This document shows, piece by piece, positions 1 through 9,327 of a stretch of 64,000 nt of DNA (positions within the stretch are counted from its first letter, which is position 1; every line of letters starts with the position of its first letter). A program made the translations under genes and the position numbers. Origin of the DNA: an uncultured Actinomycetota bacterium. Lineage in GTDB: Bacteria; Actinomycetota; Actinomycetes; JAHEKZ01. The stretch lies in the NCBI GenBank assembly GCA_963743915.1, contig CAVURN010000005.1, forward strand, positions 192,001-256,000, given 5' to 3'. The notes beneath the pieces are model-generated. The model did not search any database. It was not told where the DNA came from and saw nothing but the letters and a program-made list of their open reading frames with translations.

Positions 1-1497
1 GAGGTCGTCGTCCCAGGTGCGGGTCGCCTGCGTCAGCCTGTCTTCCAGCAGGTCGACGTCGACCTGGGGGATCACCTTGCCGACGGGCACCCGCACGACG
101 TAGTGCAGCCGCGCCAGCACGGACTCGGAGACGCGCGCGGTGTAGTCGGCGCTCTCACCGCCGAAGGCTTCGAGAAGGATCGACTCCATCGCGAGTCGGA
201 CCTGAGTCGTGTACCGGTCACGCGGCAGGTACACCATCGCTGATGCGAACCGACCGTAGACGTCGTACCGCAGGAAGAGCCGGACCTGTCTCCGCTCCTG
301 CAGATGCATCACGCTGGTGGCGATCGGCAGGAGCTCGTCGACCGTCATCTGGAACAGCTCGTCACGCGGGTAGGACTCGAGGATCTGCAACAGGTCCTTG
401 CCGCTGTGGCTCATCGGCGCGAAGCCACTCAGCTCCAGGATGGCCTTCACCATGCGGCGCAGCACCGGGATGCGGGTGACGCTCTCGCTGTACGCCGTCG
501 TGGTGAAGAGTCCCAGCAGGCGACGCTCCCCAGTGACGTTGCCCTCGTCGTCGAAGGTCTTGAGGCCGATGTAGTCCAGGTACGCCGGTCGGTGGACGGT
601 GGAGCGGCTGTTCGCCTTCGTCAGGATCAGAAGCTTGCGTTCACGGGCCTTGGCCCGCACCTCCGGCGGCAGCTTGCTGAATGCCGCCGATTCGGTGTGG
701 TCACCGCGCAGCAGCCCGAGCCCCGTGCCGGGCTTGGTCACGAGGACGTCCTCGCCGTCGTGCGACTGCAGCTCGTACTCGCGGTATCCCAGGAAGGTGA
801 AGTGCTCGTCGATGAGCCATCGCAGCAGTTCCCAGGCGTCTGCGACCTCCTCCGGAGGCAGGTCGGGGGGCGACTGGTGCAGCTCGTCGGCGATGCGCTG
901 GGCCGCCTCACGCATCTTGCCCCAGTCCTCGACGGCGTCACGGACGTCGCGCAGCACGTTGGTGAGCCGCCGCTCGAGGTCGCGCAGCCGACCGGGATCG
1001 GAGATGCGATCCACCTGGAAGTGCATCCACGACTCGGCGATGGAACCGGGAGCCTGGCGCTCCTCGCGGGTGAGCAGCATGCCCTGCAGCTCGCCGGTCA
1101 GGCTCCGTTGGACGGAGAACTGCGGATGGGCGACCAGGTGCAGCGACAGGCCCTCCTGGGCCAGGGCAGAGGTGATGGAGTCGACCAGGAACGGCATGTC
1201 GTCGGTGACCACCTCGACGACGGTGTGGGGTGACGCCCAGCCGTGTGCCTCGAGCGTGGGGTTGAAGATGCGGACCTTCGCCGTGCCCACCGGCCGGTCC
1301 GCGGCCAGCCGTCGCTCGGACACCGCAGCGCCGAAGACGTCGGTGGGGTCGAGGCCGACGAGGCCCTCGTCGGAGACGTGGCGGTAGTAGGCCTTCAGGA
1401 AGTCGGCCAGGTTCGGCAGGTCGTCGACCGACCGCTCCGCCTCCTGGATCGCCCGGGCAATGAGATCGGACTTGGCAACACTTGCGTTGCTGAGCAT
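1..1497 (-). CDS. gdh: NAD-specific glutamate dehydrogenase (large type), N-terminal part; runs off window start
   Basis: Manual translation from ATG at 1497: MLSNASVAKSDLIARAI...FLKAYYRHV...HTVVEVVTDDMPFLVDSI..., typical N-terminus of the large NAD-GDH; absent from ORF track because it has no stop in the window. Confidence 0.88.
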   Translation of the reverse strand, partial: MLSNASVAKSDLIARAIQEAERSVDDLPNLADFLKAYYRHVSDEGLVGLDPTDVFGAAVSERRLAADRPVGTAKVRIFNPTLEAHGWASPHTVVEVVTDDMPFLVDSITSALAQEGLSLHLVAHPQFSVQRSLTGELQGMLLTREERQAPGSIAESWMHFQVDRISDPGRLRDLERRLTNVLRDVRDAVEDWGKMREAAQRIADELHQSPPDLPPEEVADAWELLRWLIDEHFTFLGYREYELQSHDGEDVLVTKPGTGLGLLRGDHTESAAFSKLPPEVRAKARERKLLILTKANSRSTVHRPAYLDYIGLKTFDDEGNVTGERRLLGLFTTTAYSESVTRIPVLRRMVKAILELSGFAPMSHSGKDLLQILESYPRDELFQMTVDELLPIATSVMHLQERRQVRLFLRYDVYGRFASAMVYLPRDRYTTQVRLAMESILLEAFGGESADYTARVSESVLARLHYVVRVPVGKVIPQVDVDLLEDRLTQATRTWDDDL

Positions 1498-1533
1498 GTA
1501 CTGCTGCTCCCGTTCGTCGGCCGGGACCTCAGC

Positions 1534-2037
1534 CTACCCGTCAGCCGTGTCCTCACGCAGGCGCGGGTCGGCATCCGGGGACGCCTCTTCCCCCGCCAAC
1601 GGCACGCAGACCAGCGTGCGCGGTTCGGGCACCTCGGGGCCGTCGAGGTAGCTCTCCCACGAGTCGCCGGCCGGCGTCTGCCCCTCCGCCGCCACCCAGG
1701 CCATCAGCTGCTCGTAGGCGTGGCCGAGCTCGTCGTAGGCCCCCACGTGCAGGGTGGTCGCGACCGGCCCGCCGGGCAGCACCGTGGGTTCCACCCTCCC
1801 GGCCGGGACGACCGGTCCTGAGGTCGGGAACCCGGCAGCGGCTTCGAAAGTGTCGTCGAGCATCCGATAGCGGCAGAAGGGAGGCCCGGTCGGGTTCAGC
1901 CCCTGCGACCCCAGCGCCTCGAGCACCTCGCCGAACGCTTGACCCACGAAGGTGCCGATCTCCTCCGGACGCATGGTGCCCCGCACCACCGCCGCCTCCT
2001 GCGCGACCCGGTGCTCGACCACGAACGTGTACGGCAT
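1534..2037 (-). CDS. GyrI-like small-molecule binding protein
   Basis: LPGGPVATTLHVGAYDELGHAYEQLMAW...WESYLDGP pattern of GyrI/AraC effector-binding fold. Confidence 0.8.
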   Translation of the reverse strand: MPYTFVVEHRVAQEAAVVRGTMRPEEIGTFVGQAFGEVLEALGSQGLNPTGPPFCRYRMLDDTFEAAAGFPTSGPVVPAGRVEPTVLPGGPVATTLHVGAYDELGHAYEQLMAWVAAEGQTPAGDSWESYLDGPEVPEPRTLVCVPLAGEEASPDADPRLREDTADG

Positions 2038-2041
2038 CGAC

Positions 2042-3667
2042 TCAGCCCATGTGGGGGTAGCGGTAGTCGGTCGGCGGGACCATCGTCTCCTTGATCGCCC
2101 GTGGGCTGACCCACCGCACCAGGTTCAGCGGGCTCCCCGCCTTGTCGTTGGTGCCACTGGCCCGCGCACCACCGAAGGGCTGCTGACCGACGACCGCCCC
2201 TGTCGGCTTGTCGTTGATGTAGAAGTTGCCCGCGGCGAAGCGCAGCTTGTCGGTCACCTGTGCCACGACCTGTCGGTCGCGGGCGATCACCGATCCGGTC
2301 AGGGCGTACTCGGCGATGCCTTCCATCTGGTCGAGCATCGCGTCGAACTGGTCATCCGCGTAGACGTGGACCGCCAGGATCGGGCCGAAGTACTCGGTAC
2401 GGAAGATCTCGTGAGCCGGGTCCGATCCGACGAGCACCGTCGGTCGCACGAACCAGCCCTCGCTGTCGTCGGCGGTGCCGCCGGCCAGCACTTCGACGGT
2501 CGGGTCGGACGCCACCCGGGTCAGCAGGTCAGCGTGCTTGGCGAAGGCGCGCTCGTCGATGACCGCACCCATGAAGTTGGACAGGTCGGTGACATCGCCC
2601 ATCGAGAGACCGTCGACCTCGCTGGCGAGCTGGTCACGAAGCTCGGCCCACAGGCTCTGCGGAACGTACGCCCGGGACGCCGCCGAGCACTTCTGACCTT
2701 GGTACTCGAAGGCACCGCGCACCAGCGCGGTGCGCAGCACGTCGGGATCTGCCGACGCGTGAGCGACGACGAAGTCCTTGCCGCCGGTCTCGCCCACCAG
2801 ACGGGGGTAGCCGCGGTAGGAGGTGAGGTTCTCGGCGATCCGCTTCCAGAACGACTGGAAGACCGGCGTGGACCCGGTGAAGTGGACACCCGCGAGGTCG
2901 GGGTGGTCGAACACCACGTCACTGGCGTCCTTGCCGTGGCCGGTCACCATGTTGATCACGCCAGGCGGCAGTCCTGCCTCCTCCAGCAGGTACATCAGCA
3001 GGCTGGCCGCGTACTGCTGGGACGACGCCGGCTTCCAGACCACCGTGTTCCCCATGAGCGCGGGCGCCGTCGGGAGGTTGCCCGCGATCGCCGTGAAGTT
3101 GAAGGGGGTGACCGCGTAGACGAAGCCCTCGAGCGGGCGGTGGTCCAGACGGTTCCAGACTCCCGGCGAGGACATGGGTTGCTCGGAGAGCACCTGCCGG
3201 CCGAAAGCGACGTTGAACCGCCAGAAGTCGATCAGCTCGCAGGCGGAGTCGATCTCGGCCTGCTGGACGGTCTTGGACTGACCCAGCATCGTGGCGCCGT
3301 TGAGGGTGGAACGCCACGGGCCCGCGAGCAGGTCGGCGGCGCGCAGCAGGATGGCGGCACGGTCCTCGTACGACATCGCCCGCCACTCCGGAGCCGCCTT
3401 CTTCGCCGCGGCCACCGCGCGTGCCGCGTCGTCGCGACCGGCGTCACGGAGACGTCCGAGCACATGGTGCCGGTTGTGCGGCTGGACGACCGCCATCTCG
3501 GCGCCGGAGCCCATCACCCGCTCCCCGCCGATCACCATCGGCAGCTCGCGCTCCTCGGCCACGAGGTTCTTCAAGGTGGACTCGAGAGCCGCTCGCTCCG
3601 TCGAGCCCGGTGCGTACGAGAGCACCGGTTCGTTGCGGGGTTCGGGAACCTGCGCGACAGCATCCAT
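2042..3667 (-). CDS. pruA: L-glutamate gamma-semialdehyde (P5C) dehydrogenase
   Basis: PFNFTAI, FTGST, GETGGKDF, EYQGQKCSA, QQPFGGARASGTNDKAG motifs; start placed at MDAVAQVP. Confidence 0.95.
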   Translation of the reverse strand: MDAVAQVPEPRNEPVLSYAPGSTERAALESTLKNLVAEERELPMVIGGERVMGSGAEMAVVQPHNRHHVLGRLRDAGRDDAARAVAAAKKAAPEWRAMSYEDRAAILLRAADLLAGPWRSTLNGATMLGQSKTVQQAEIDSACELIDFWRFNVAFGRQVLSEQPMSSPGVWNRLDHRPLEGFVYAVTPFNFTAIAGNLPTAPALMGNTVVWKPASSQQYAASLLMYLLEEAGLPPGVINMVTGHGKDASDVVFDHPDLAGVHFTGSTPVFQSFWKRIAENLTSYRGYPRLVGETGGKDFVVAHASADPDVLRTALVRGAFEYQGQKCSAASRAYVPQSLWAELRDQLASEVDGLSMGDVTDLSNFMGAVIDERAFAKHADLLTRVASDPTVEVLAGGTADDSEGWFVRPTVLVGSDPAHEIFRTEYFGPILAVHVYADDQFDAMLDQMEGIAEYALTGSVIARDRQVVAQVTDKLRFAAGNFYINDKPTGAVVGQQPFGGARASGTNDKAGSPLNLVRWVSPRAIKETMVPPTDYRYPHMG

Positions 3668-3744
3668 GGAGTCCTCCCGGGTTCGTGCCTTCACTCATCG
3701 TGGCACGCCGGGCGCGGGGGCGACAGACGAGGGCGGCGGGGCGG

Positions 3745-5124
3745 TCAGAGGGTCTCGAGCAGCTCGTCGAGGGCGTCGTGCAGACACTGCCCGAGCACAT
3801 CGAGGTCGGGCATCGCATCCCGGTCCCCGAACAGCCCGAAGAACACAGTCCCGTCATAGGAGGTCACCCCGATGCTCAGGGCCTGTCCCTTGGACAGGGG
3901 TGCCACCGGGTAGGCCTCCAGCAGCCGTGCACCTGCGAGGTAGCGCGGCTGCTGGGGTCCAGGAGCGTTGGTCACCAGCAGGTTGAACATGCGGTGGGAC
4001 AGACCCGCTGCGAGGCGAGCTCCCGCCGCGTGCAGCGTGGGGGGCGCGAAGCCGGCGAGCCCTGCCAGTCGGTGCGCGCTGACCGTCCGATGATCCTCCA
4101 GGCCTGCCCGCATCGAGTACGTGACCTGGTGCAGCCGCACCACCGGCGACGGCTCACCCACGGGAAGGTCGAGGACGACCGTGGCGACGACACCGGGACC
4201 GTCCTCGTCGTTGACGCTGACCGGTACGAGGGCTCGGACCGTGGTGCGGCTGGTGACCGCTTCACCCCGCATCTGCAGCCACGCGCGAAGACCGCCGGTC
4301 ACCAGTGCCAGGACGATGTCGTGGACCGAGGCCTCGTAGGCCTTCCGGACCGACCTCAGCTGGTCGAGGGTCACCGACGTCGAGGCGAACCGACGAGCCT
4401 GGCCGATGTCGACATTGAGCGGAGAGCTCGGCGCCGTCCTCGCCACCGTACGGGCCATGCGCAGCGCCCCGCCTGCGGCGGCCGTCGCCCGGCCGACGGT
4501 TCGGCCGACGTCGGCGACCGCGTGCCGTGCGGTGTCGAGCACCGCGCCCGGACGCTGGACGACCTCGCCCACCGCATCGGTCACCAGAGCCACGGTCGAG
4601 GGTCCGCGCCGCGCGACCCAGGCGTCCTCCACGGCGGGTTCGACCGTGTCGGGCTCGTCGTCGAAGAGGACCTCACCCACCTCGATGGCCGCCACACCGT
4701 CCACGAGCGCCTGATGCGTCTTGGTGACGAGCGCGAACCGCCCCCCGCCGAGCCCTTCGACGAGGTACATCTCCCACAGCGGCCGCTCGCGGTCGAGGGG
4801 GCGGCTGAGGACCCGCGCCACCAGCTCGTGCAGCTGCGCGTCACTGCCCGGTCGAGGCAGCGCCGTGCGACGGACGTGGTAGCTGAGGTCGAAGTTCTCG
4901 TCGTCGACCCACACCGGAGCCGCGATGCCACCGGGAACGTGCCGCACACGTTGCCGGTAGCGGGGCACGAGGTCGAGCCTCGACGCCACGAGCTCCGCCA
5001 GTCGCGAGGTGTCGAACACCCCCTCGGCGGGCGCGAAGACCGCGAGCCCGCCGATGTGCATGGGCGTCGCGGTCTCCTCCAGGTAGAGGAAGGACGCGTC
5101 CAGCGGCGTCAAGCGGTCGACCAC
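3745..5124 (-). CDS. Wax ester synthase/diacylglycerol acyltransferase (WS/DGAT)
   Basis: RLTPLDASFLYLE N-terminus, PLWEMYLVEGL, KTHQALVDG (variant of HHxxxDG), FNLLVTNAPGP. Confidence 0.92.
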   Translation of the reverse strand: MVDRLTPLDASFLYLEETATPMHIGGLAVFAPAEGVFDTSRLAELVASRLDLVPRYRQRVRHVPGGIAAPVWVDDENFDLSYHVRRTALPRPGSDAQLHELVARVLSRPLDRERPLWEMYLVEGLGGGRFALVTKTHQALVDGVAAIEVGEVLFDDEPDTVEPAVEDAWVARRGPSTVALVTDAVGEVVQRPGAVLDTARHAVADVGRTVGRATAAAGGALRMARTVARTAPSSPLNVDIGQARRFASTSVTLDQLRSVRKAYEASVHDIVLALVTGGLRAWLQMRGEAVTSRTTVRALVPVSVNDEDGPGVVATVVLDLPVGEPSPVVRLHQVTYSMRAGLEDHRTVSAHRLAGLAGFAPPTLHAAGARLAAGLSHRMFNLLVTNAPGPQQPRYLAGARLLEAYPVAPLSKGQALSIGVTSYDGTVFFGLFGDRDAMPDLDVLGQCLHDALDELLETL

Positions 5125-5136
5125 CCGATGATGATG

Positions 5137-5787
5137 TCACTCGACGAGTGCGTGGCCGAAGAGGATCTCCAGCTCCGCTGCCGTCTGCGGGTACGACTGG
5201 TGCCAGACACCGGTGATCCCCAGGCCCGCCGCGGCTCGGATGTTGCGTTCGTGGTCGTCGACGAAGACGCACTGTGCGGCGTCCAGTCCCAGAAGCCTGA
5301 GAGTGTGCTGGAAGATCTCCGGCTCGGGTTTGCGCATGCCCACCTCGCCGGAGATCACGACGGCGTCGAACAGGTCGCTCCATCCGTCCCTCATGTACTG
5401 GTCACCCCAGGAGTTGGACAGCAGCGCGGTGCGGACGTCGTAGCGGCGGATGCGGTGGACGAGCCCCGTCATGTCGGGTGCGTGTGCGAAGCGGCTGAAC
5501 ATCCGGGCGACCAGACCGCTGGGGTCGACCGGTCGACCGTCGCGCCGGGTCAGCCGCTGCGCCAGGTGCTGCTCGAAATCGGGAACCTCCAGCTCGCCCC
5601 GCTCGAGGGCGTGGACCGGGTTGAAGCGGGCCTCGAACCCGCCGAGGTCGCCGAACCATTCGGCCATGGCGTCCTGGAAGTGCGCGTAGTCGATGTCGTC
5701 GAGCTCAGACCACGCGCGCATCGCGACGTCGATGCCGTCGGTGAGCACCCCGTAGAAGTCGACGATGAGACCGCGGTACCGCTGCAC
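5137..5787 (-). CDS. HAD-family hydrolase
   Basis: IVDFYGVL, LLSNSW, GMRKPEPEIF, FVDD motifs. Confidence 0.88.
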   Translation of the reverse strand: MQRYRGLIVDFYGVLTDGIDVAMRAWSELDDIDYAHFQDAMAEWFGDLGGFEARFNPVHALERGELEVPDFEQHLAQRLTRRDGRPVDPSGLVARMFSRFAHAPDMTGLVHRIRRYDVRTALLSNSWGDQYMRDGWSDLFDAVVISGEVGMRKPEPEIFQHTLRLLGLDAAQCVFVDDHERNIRAAAGLGITGVWHQSYPQTAAELEILFGHALVE

Positions 5788-6964
5788 GGGAACGATCGTA
5801 CGAACCCAGCATCTGGACCACGCGGGACGCCAGCTCCTCGGACGCCACGACGATCGGTGAGCGCGGCTCCACCTCGACCACGGCGCATCCGTGGGCCAGG
5901 GCCGAACGCGTGGCTCGGCTGTCGTCCGGGACGTGCAGGGTGACCGGCAGGTCGAGCATCTCGGTCACCACGTCATCCACGCCTCGCTGGGCGGCCGTCG
6001 CCCCTGCGTGGTTCATGACCACCAGGGGGACGGCGGTGGGTGCACAGTCACGTGCGCGTGGCAGCTCGCGGACCAGCCGCACCACGCCGACCGGATCGCT
6101 CCGTCCCACACAGACGAGGACATCAGCCGTGGCCAACGTGGCGATGGCCGCACCGAAGCGTTGGGGGGTGGCGGGATCGGCCCAGCGAGCGTCGTCACCC
6201 TCGAGGCCGTATCCCACGTCCACGACGGTGATCGGCACCGTCTGGCGGGCGCAGGCGAGCACCGCCTCCCAGGACGCCGGGCGCAGCTCGGACCATCGTG
6301 CGGCGTTGGGCAGGCCGACCAGGACGCGAGCGCCGGACGGCACGGTCACCGCCAGTGCCGCCAGCTCGCTCGCCTGGAGCGGGCCTGCCGACGCGATGCG
6401 CACCGCAGCTGCGACGCCCGAGGTGTCGTCCACCAGCCCCAGCTGCTGGCCGACCGCTGGTCCTACGGTGTCCGCATCCACCAGCAGCGTGTCCGTCCCT
6501 TGACGGCTGAGGGCGGCGGCGAGCTCGATCGCCACGGTCGTCCGCCCTGGTGCCCCGCTCGGCCCCCAGACCGCCACCACCGCCCCGGTGCGTACGACGT
6601 CCGATGCCGTCCGGTCCGGCGGTGGTAGGGCCGGCTGGCGCCCCAGGGCGCCCGCCAAGCCCTGGGCGCCGGCAGCCACGACGGGTGCTCCGCCGAGCTG
6701 GGACACCCGTTCCGCGTCCGCCGCCGTCAGCACCACCGTGACGACCCCGGCCTGTCGCAGGGCATGGACGACGTCGCGATCCAGGCCACGGAGCGCCGGG
6801 TCGACGACGACGACATCCACCTGACCCGTGGCGACCACCGCGCGCAGCTCGACCACGTCTCGACAGCGACGGACGAGCTCGACCGCGCGCTGGCCCGCCA
6901 GGGACGCCACGACATCTGCCTCGGTCGCACGGTCGACGAGCGCCGTGGCGATGCGCCGGCTCAT
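5705..6964 (-). CDS. MinD/CpaE-like P-loop ATPase with N-terminal receiver-like domain
   Basis: WGPSGAPGRTT deviant Walker A, LLVDAD; start MSRRIATA at ATGA overlap with upstream gene; 3' end overlaps the HAD gene and is uncertain. Confidence 0.78.
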   Translation of the reverse strand: MSRRIATALVDRATEADVVASLAGQRAVELVRRCRDVVELRAVVATGQVDVVVVDPALRGLDRDVVHALRQAGVVTVVLTAADAERVSQLGGAPVVAAGAQGLAGALGRQPALPPPDRTASDVVRTGAVVAVWGPSGAPGRTTVAIELAAALSRQGTDTLLVDADTVGPAVGQQLGLVDDTSGVAAAVRIASAGPLQASELAALAVTVPSGARVLVGLPNAARWSELRPASWEAVLACARQTVPITVVDVGYGLEGDDARWADPATPQRFGAAIATLATADVLVCVGRSDPVGVVRLVRELPRARDCAPTAVPLVVMNHAGATAAQRGVDDVVTEMLDLPVTLHVPDDSRATRSALAHGCAVVEVEPRSPIVVASEELASRVVQMLGSYDRSRAAVPRSHRRLLRGAHRRHRRRDARVV

Positions 6965-7623
6965 CCCGACCCCACGGGCACATCGACCAGCGTCACGGTT
7001 CCCTTGGCCTGCGCCGCCACCAGCACCGGCACCTCCTCGTCCGGTACGGCGAGCGCCACCCCGACCTCCAGACTCGTGCCCCCGAACGCTCCGCCGTCGG
7101 CATCCACCGACGAGACCGACACCGCAGCCAGCACCTGCTCCGGCGGACCGGACGGTCCGCCGGCCCCGTCGCGCTCGACGACGTACACGTCGACCCGGTC
7201 CCCAGCGGCCAGGTCCGAGGGCATCTGGTTGCGCAGCACCGGAAGGGTGACCACGCGTACGTCCCGGGCCTCGGTCGGTCCGCGCAGGGCCACGTCGGTG
7301 AGGAGCTCCCCGGCTGCGACGTCGCGGACCACCGTCGTGCCGGGTGCCAGCGGCGTGGACGCAGGTAGGTAGGGGCCGAGGTCGGGCAGCTGGACGCGGA
7401 CGGCGACGACGTCGTCGCCGTCGATCGTGCTGCCGGCCACCGCGCCATCGCGCGCCGCCCACACCGAGACCCGGTCGTCGGACGCGCGGACGACGACCAC
7501 GACCGCTGCCGTCGAGAGCAGCACCAGCACGACGCCGAGCACCAACCGCGGGTCACGCCACGACCGCCGGGGAAGTCGGGTGCCCGTGGGGCTCTCGGGC
7601 ACGCGCGTAGCCGTCACGGTCAT
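6961..7623 (-). CDS. SAF-domain (CpaB/FlgA-like) membrane-anchored protein
   Basis: RDPRLVLGVVLVLLS TM helix, VWAAR...RDVAAGELL, GDRVDVY; GGAGG RBS upstream. Confidence 0.75.
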   Translation of the reverse strand: MTVTATRVPESPTGTRLPRRSWRDPRLVLGVVLVLLSTAAVVVVVRASDDRVSVWAARDGAVAGSTIDGDDVVAVRVQLPDLGPYLPASTPLAPGTTVVRDVAAGELLTDVALRGPTEARDVRVVTLPVLRNQMPSDLAAGDRVDVYVVERDGAGGPSGPPEQVLAAVSVSSVDADGGAFGGTSLEVGVALAVPDEEVPVLVAAQAKGTVTLVDVPVGSG

Positions 7624-7793
7624 GGTCACCTCCCCCGCTGGGCCTGCCCCCCTGGCTGCCCGGGCCTGGAGATGATGCCCGAGTCGACGCCGTGACGTCG
7701 GTGGTTGTCCACAACCGGCCCCTGCCCGGAGCAATGATCAACACCCAGGGCAACGGGCCGTCACCGAACGCACGGGGATGTCAGACTGACCCG

Positions 7794-8060
7794 GTGAACC
7801 GGCGCTTCCTGACCCTTGCCGACGTGGCAGAGGTGCTCAACGTCTCCGCCTCCCAGGCCTATGCGTTGGTGCGCGGCGGTGACCTGCGCGGCATCAAGAT
7901 CGGCGGAAGGGGTCAATGGCGCGTGGAGGAAGCCGAGCTCGAACGGTTCATCGCCGAGCGCTACCAGGAGACCGAGCGGTTCATCGCCGAGCACCCCTTC
8001 GCGCGCGACGGCGCCGATCCGGGTGCGGACACCGCGGTCGAGGCCGCGACCTTCGACTGA
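7794..8060 (+). CDS. Excisionase/BldC-like helix-turn-helix DNA-binding protein
   Basis: RFLTLADVAEVLNVSASQAYALVRGGDLRGIKIGGRGQWRV, HTH_17-type signature; GTG start. Confidence 0.85.
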   Translation: MNRRFLTLADVAEVLNVSASQAYALVRGGDLRGIKIGGRGQWRVEEAELERFIAERYQETERFIAEHPFARDGADPGADTAVEAATFD

Positions 8061-8069
8061 TCGTCCGAC

Positions 8070-8609
8070 TCAGTCGTCGGGCAGCAGCGCACCGACCGCC
8101 CATCGCACTGCGCTGAAGGGCACCGTCACGTCCCCCTCCGTCTCCGGATCGAGCGTCAGGGCGTCCGCCAGGACGGCGGTGACGACCCCTCGCAGATGAC
8201 TGCCGTCGCGGAGGGCGAGCCCGATCGGCCCAGCCAGACGCGCCCAGCGACGGTAGACCGAACCCACGCCGCGCGGCACGCGCGGAACCGGCCCGAGCGC
8301 ACCGCCGGCCGGCGCCGACATGGAGACGACCTCCGCGAGCATCACCAGTCGAGCCCGGCCCTGACCACCCAGCACGGCCCAGCCCTCACCGGCATCCAGC
8401 AGGACGCCGTCATGCGTCACGCCGTCGGCGGTGCGCAGCACGACCGGGCGCCCGAGAGCAGCGAGCAGGCGGCCCGCCCAGCGACTGGTCGCGCGCTCCA
8501 CCTCGACCCGTTCTCCGAGGGCGTCATCGGAGGCCCGCTTGTCGGCCGCTTCCAGCAGCCAGCCGTGCTCGTCCGGGTCGGCGCGCTCAGCAGAGGACGA
8601 GTCGGACAT
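8070..8609 (-). CDS. Conserved actinobacterial hypothetical protein (two Sm-like repeats)
   Basis: Two repeats of L-x-DG-x-G-x-GE/AD-x-L pattern; TACCGT -10 shortly before the ATG. Confidence 0.6.
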   Translation of the reverse strand: MSDSSSAERADPDEHGWLLEAADKRASDDALGERVEVERATSRWAGRLLAALGRPVVLRTADGVTHDGVLLDAGEGWAVLGGQGRARLVMLAEVVSMSAPAGGALGPVPRVPRGVGSVYRRWARLAGPIGLALRDGSHLRGVVTAVLADALTLDPETEGDVTVPFSAVRWAVGALLPDD

Positions 8610-8720
8610 GGCCGCACGGTAGCCAGGCAGTCCACAGCACCGAGGGTGATCTGGAGTTTTCCCCACCTCGCGGATCAGCGCCCCATGGCCCTCCTCGCAC
8701 CGCTAACGTGCAGCCTGTCG

Positions 8721-8750
8721 TAGGCAAACAGAGGTAAACGAAGGTAAACG
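8721..8750 (+). promoter_or_regulatory. Three direct repeats with 10-bp period upstream of the Rv3235-like gene
   Basis: tAGGcAAACa gAGGTAAACG aAGGTAAACG, followed by AGGAGG RBS. Confidence 0.6.
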
Positions 8751-8769
8751 ACATCTACGAGGAGGTTCA

Positions 8770-9279
8770 ATGGCTACGTCCCTCGCGGGTGCCCTCCCCG
8801 ACATCCGCCTACTCCCTCCCCCGCCTGAACCCTCCCTGCGGGCGTCGTCGCCCACCACCGGCCAGCAGGTGCTGCCGTTGGAGTTCGTGCTGCCGTCCGG
8901 ACTCACGGCCGGCGCGCCGCCCGTTCCGGTGGTCGCTCGGGACCGTCCGGGCGTCGCCCCTTGGGCCGCCCGACTCGCCCAGGCGGTGCTGGAGGTCGAG
9001 GCGGCCGAGCGGCCGGTCACGCAGCTCGGCCGATGGGTGGCGCCGGACATCTACCGCCGGCTCGACCGCCGGCAACAGCTGCGGGCGCGTCAGCTCGACC
9101 CGCGCCGGGCTCGACCGCGCCACCCGGAACAGGTGCGGTCGGTCCACGTCTGCCAACCGACGCCGGACGTCGCCGAGGTCTCAGTGGTCACGTCCGGCGG
9201 CACCCGGTGCCGAGCCTTGGCGCTGCGGCTCGAGCACCGACGCGGCCGCTGGCTCTGCACCGCGCTCGACTGGGCGTAG
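8770..9279 (+). CDS. Rv3235-family protein
   Basis: AQAVLEV...RPVTQLGRWV...VAEVSVV...RALALRLE...RWLCTALD; located next to secA as in other actinobacteria. Confidence 0.82.
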   Translation: MATSLAGALPDIRLLPPPPEPSLRASSPTTGQQVLPLEFVLPSGLTAGAPPVPVVARDRPGVAPWAARLAQAVLEVEAAERPVTQLGRWVAPDIYRRLDRRQQLRARQLDPRRARPRHPEQVRSVHVCQPTPDVAEVSVVTSGGTRCRALALRLEHRRGRWLCTALDWA

Positions 9280-9283
9280 CGGA

Positions 9284-9317
9284 CGACAGCCCCCGGCCGG
9301 ATGACCGAGGGCTGTCG
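9284..9317. terminator. Stem-loop between convergent genes
   Basis: cgacagccc...gggctgtcg inverted repeat. Confidence 0.6.
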
Positions 9318-9327
9318 AGTGTCACAC

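Noticed and set aside
243-5943. Long plus-strand ORFs (304..1233, 1952..3859, 3421..5943) and similar ones elsewhere
   Set aside because: Antisense to well-supported genes; expected in high-GC DNA with few stop codons
7705-7713. Replication origin
   Set aside because: Only one perfect DnaA box; no dnaA/dnaN and no AT-rich unwinding region
7794-8060. Prophage or ICE excisionase marking a mobile element
   Set aside because: No integrase, att site or phage genes nearby; it sits in a cluster I recognise as commonly adjacent to secA in actinobacteria
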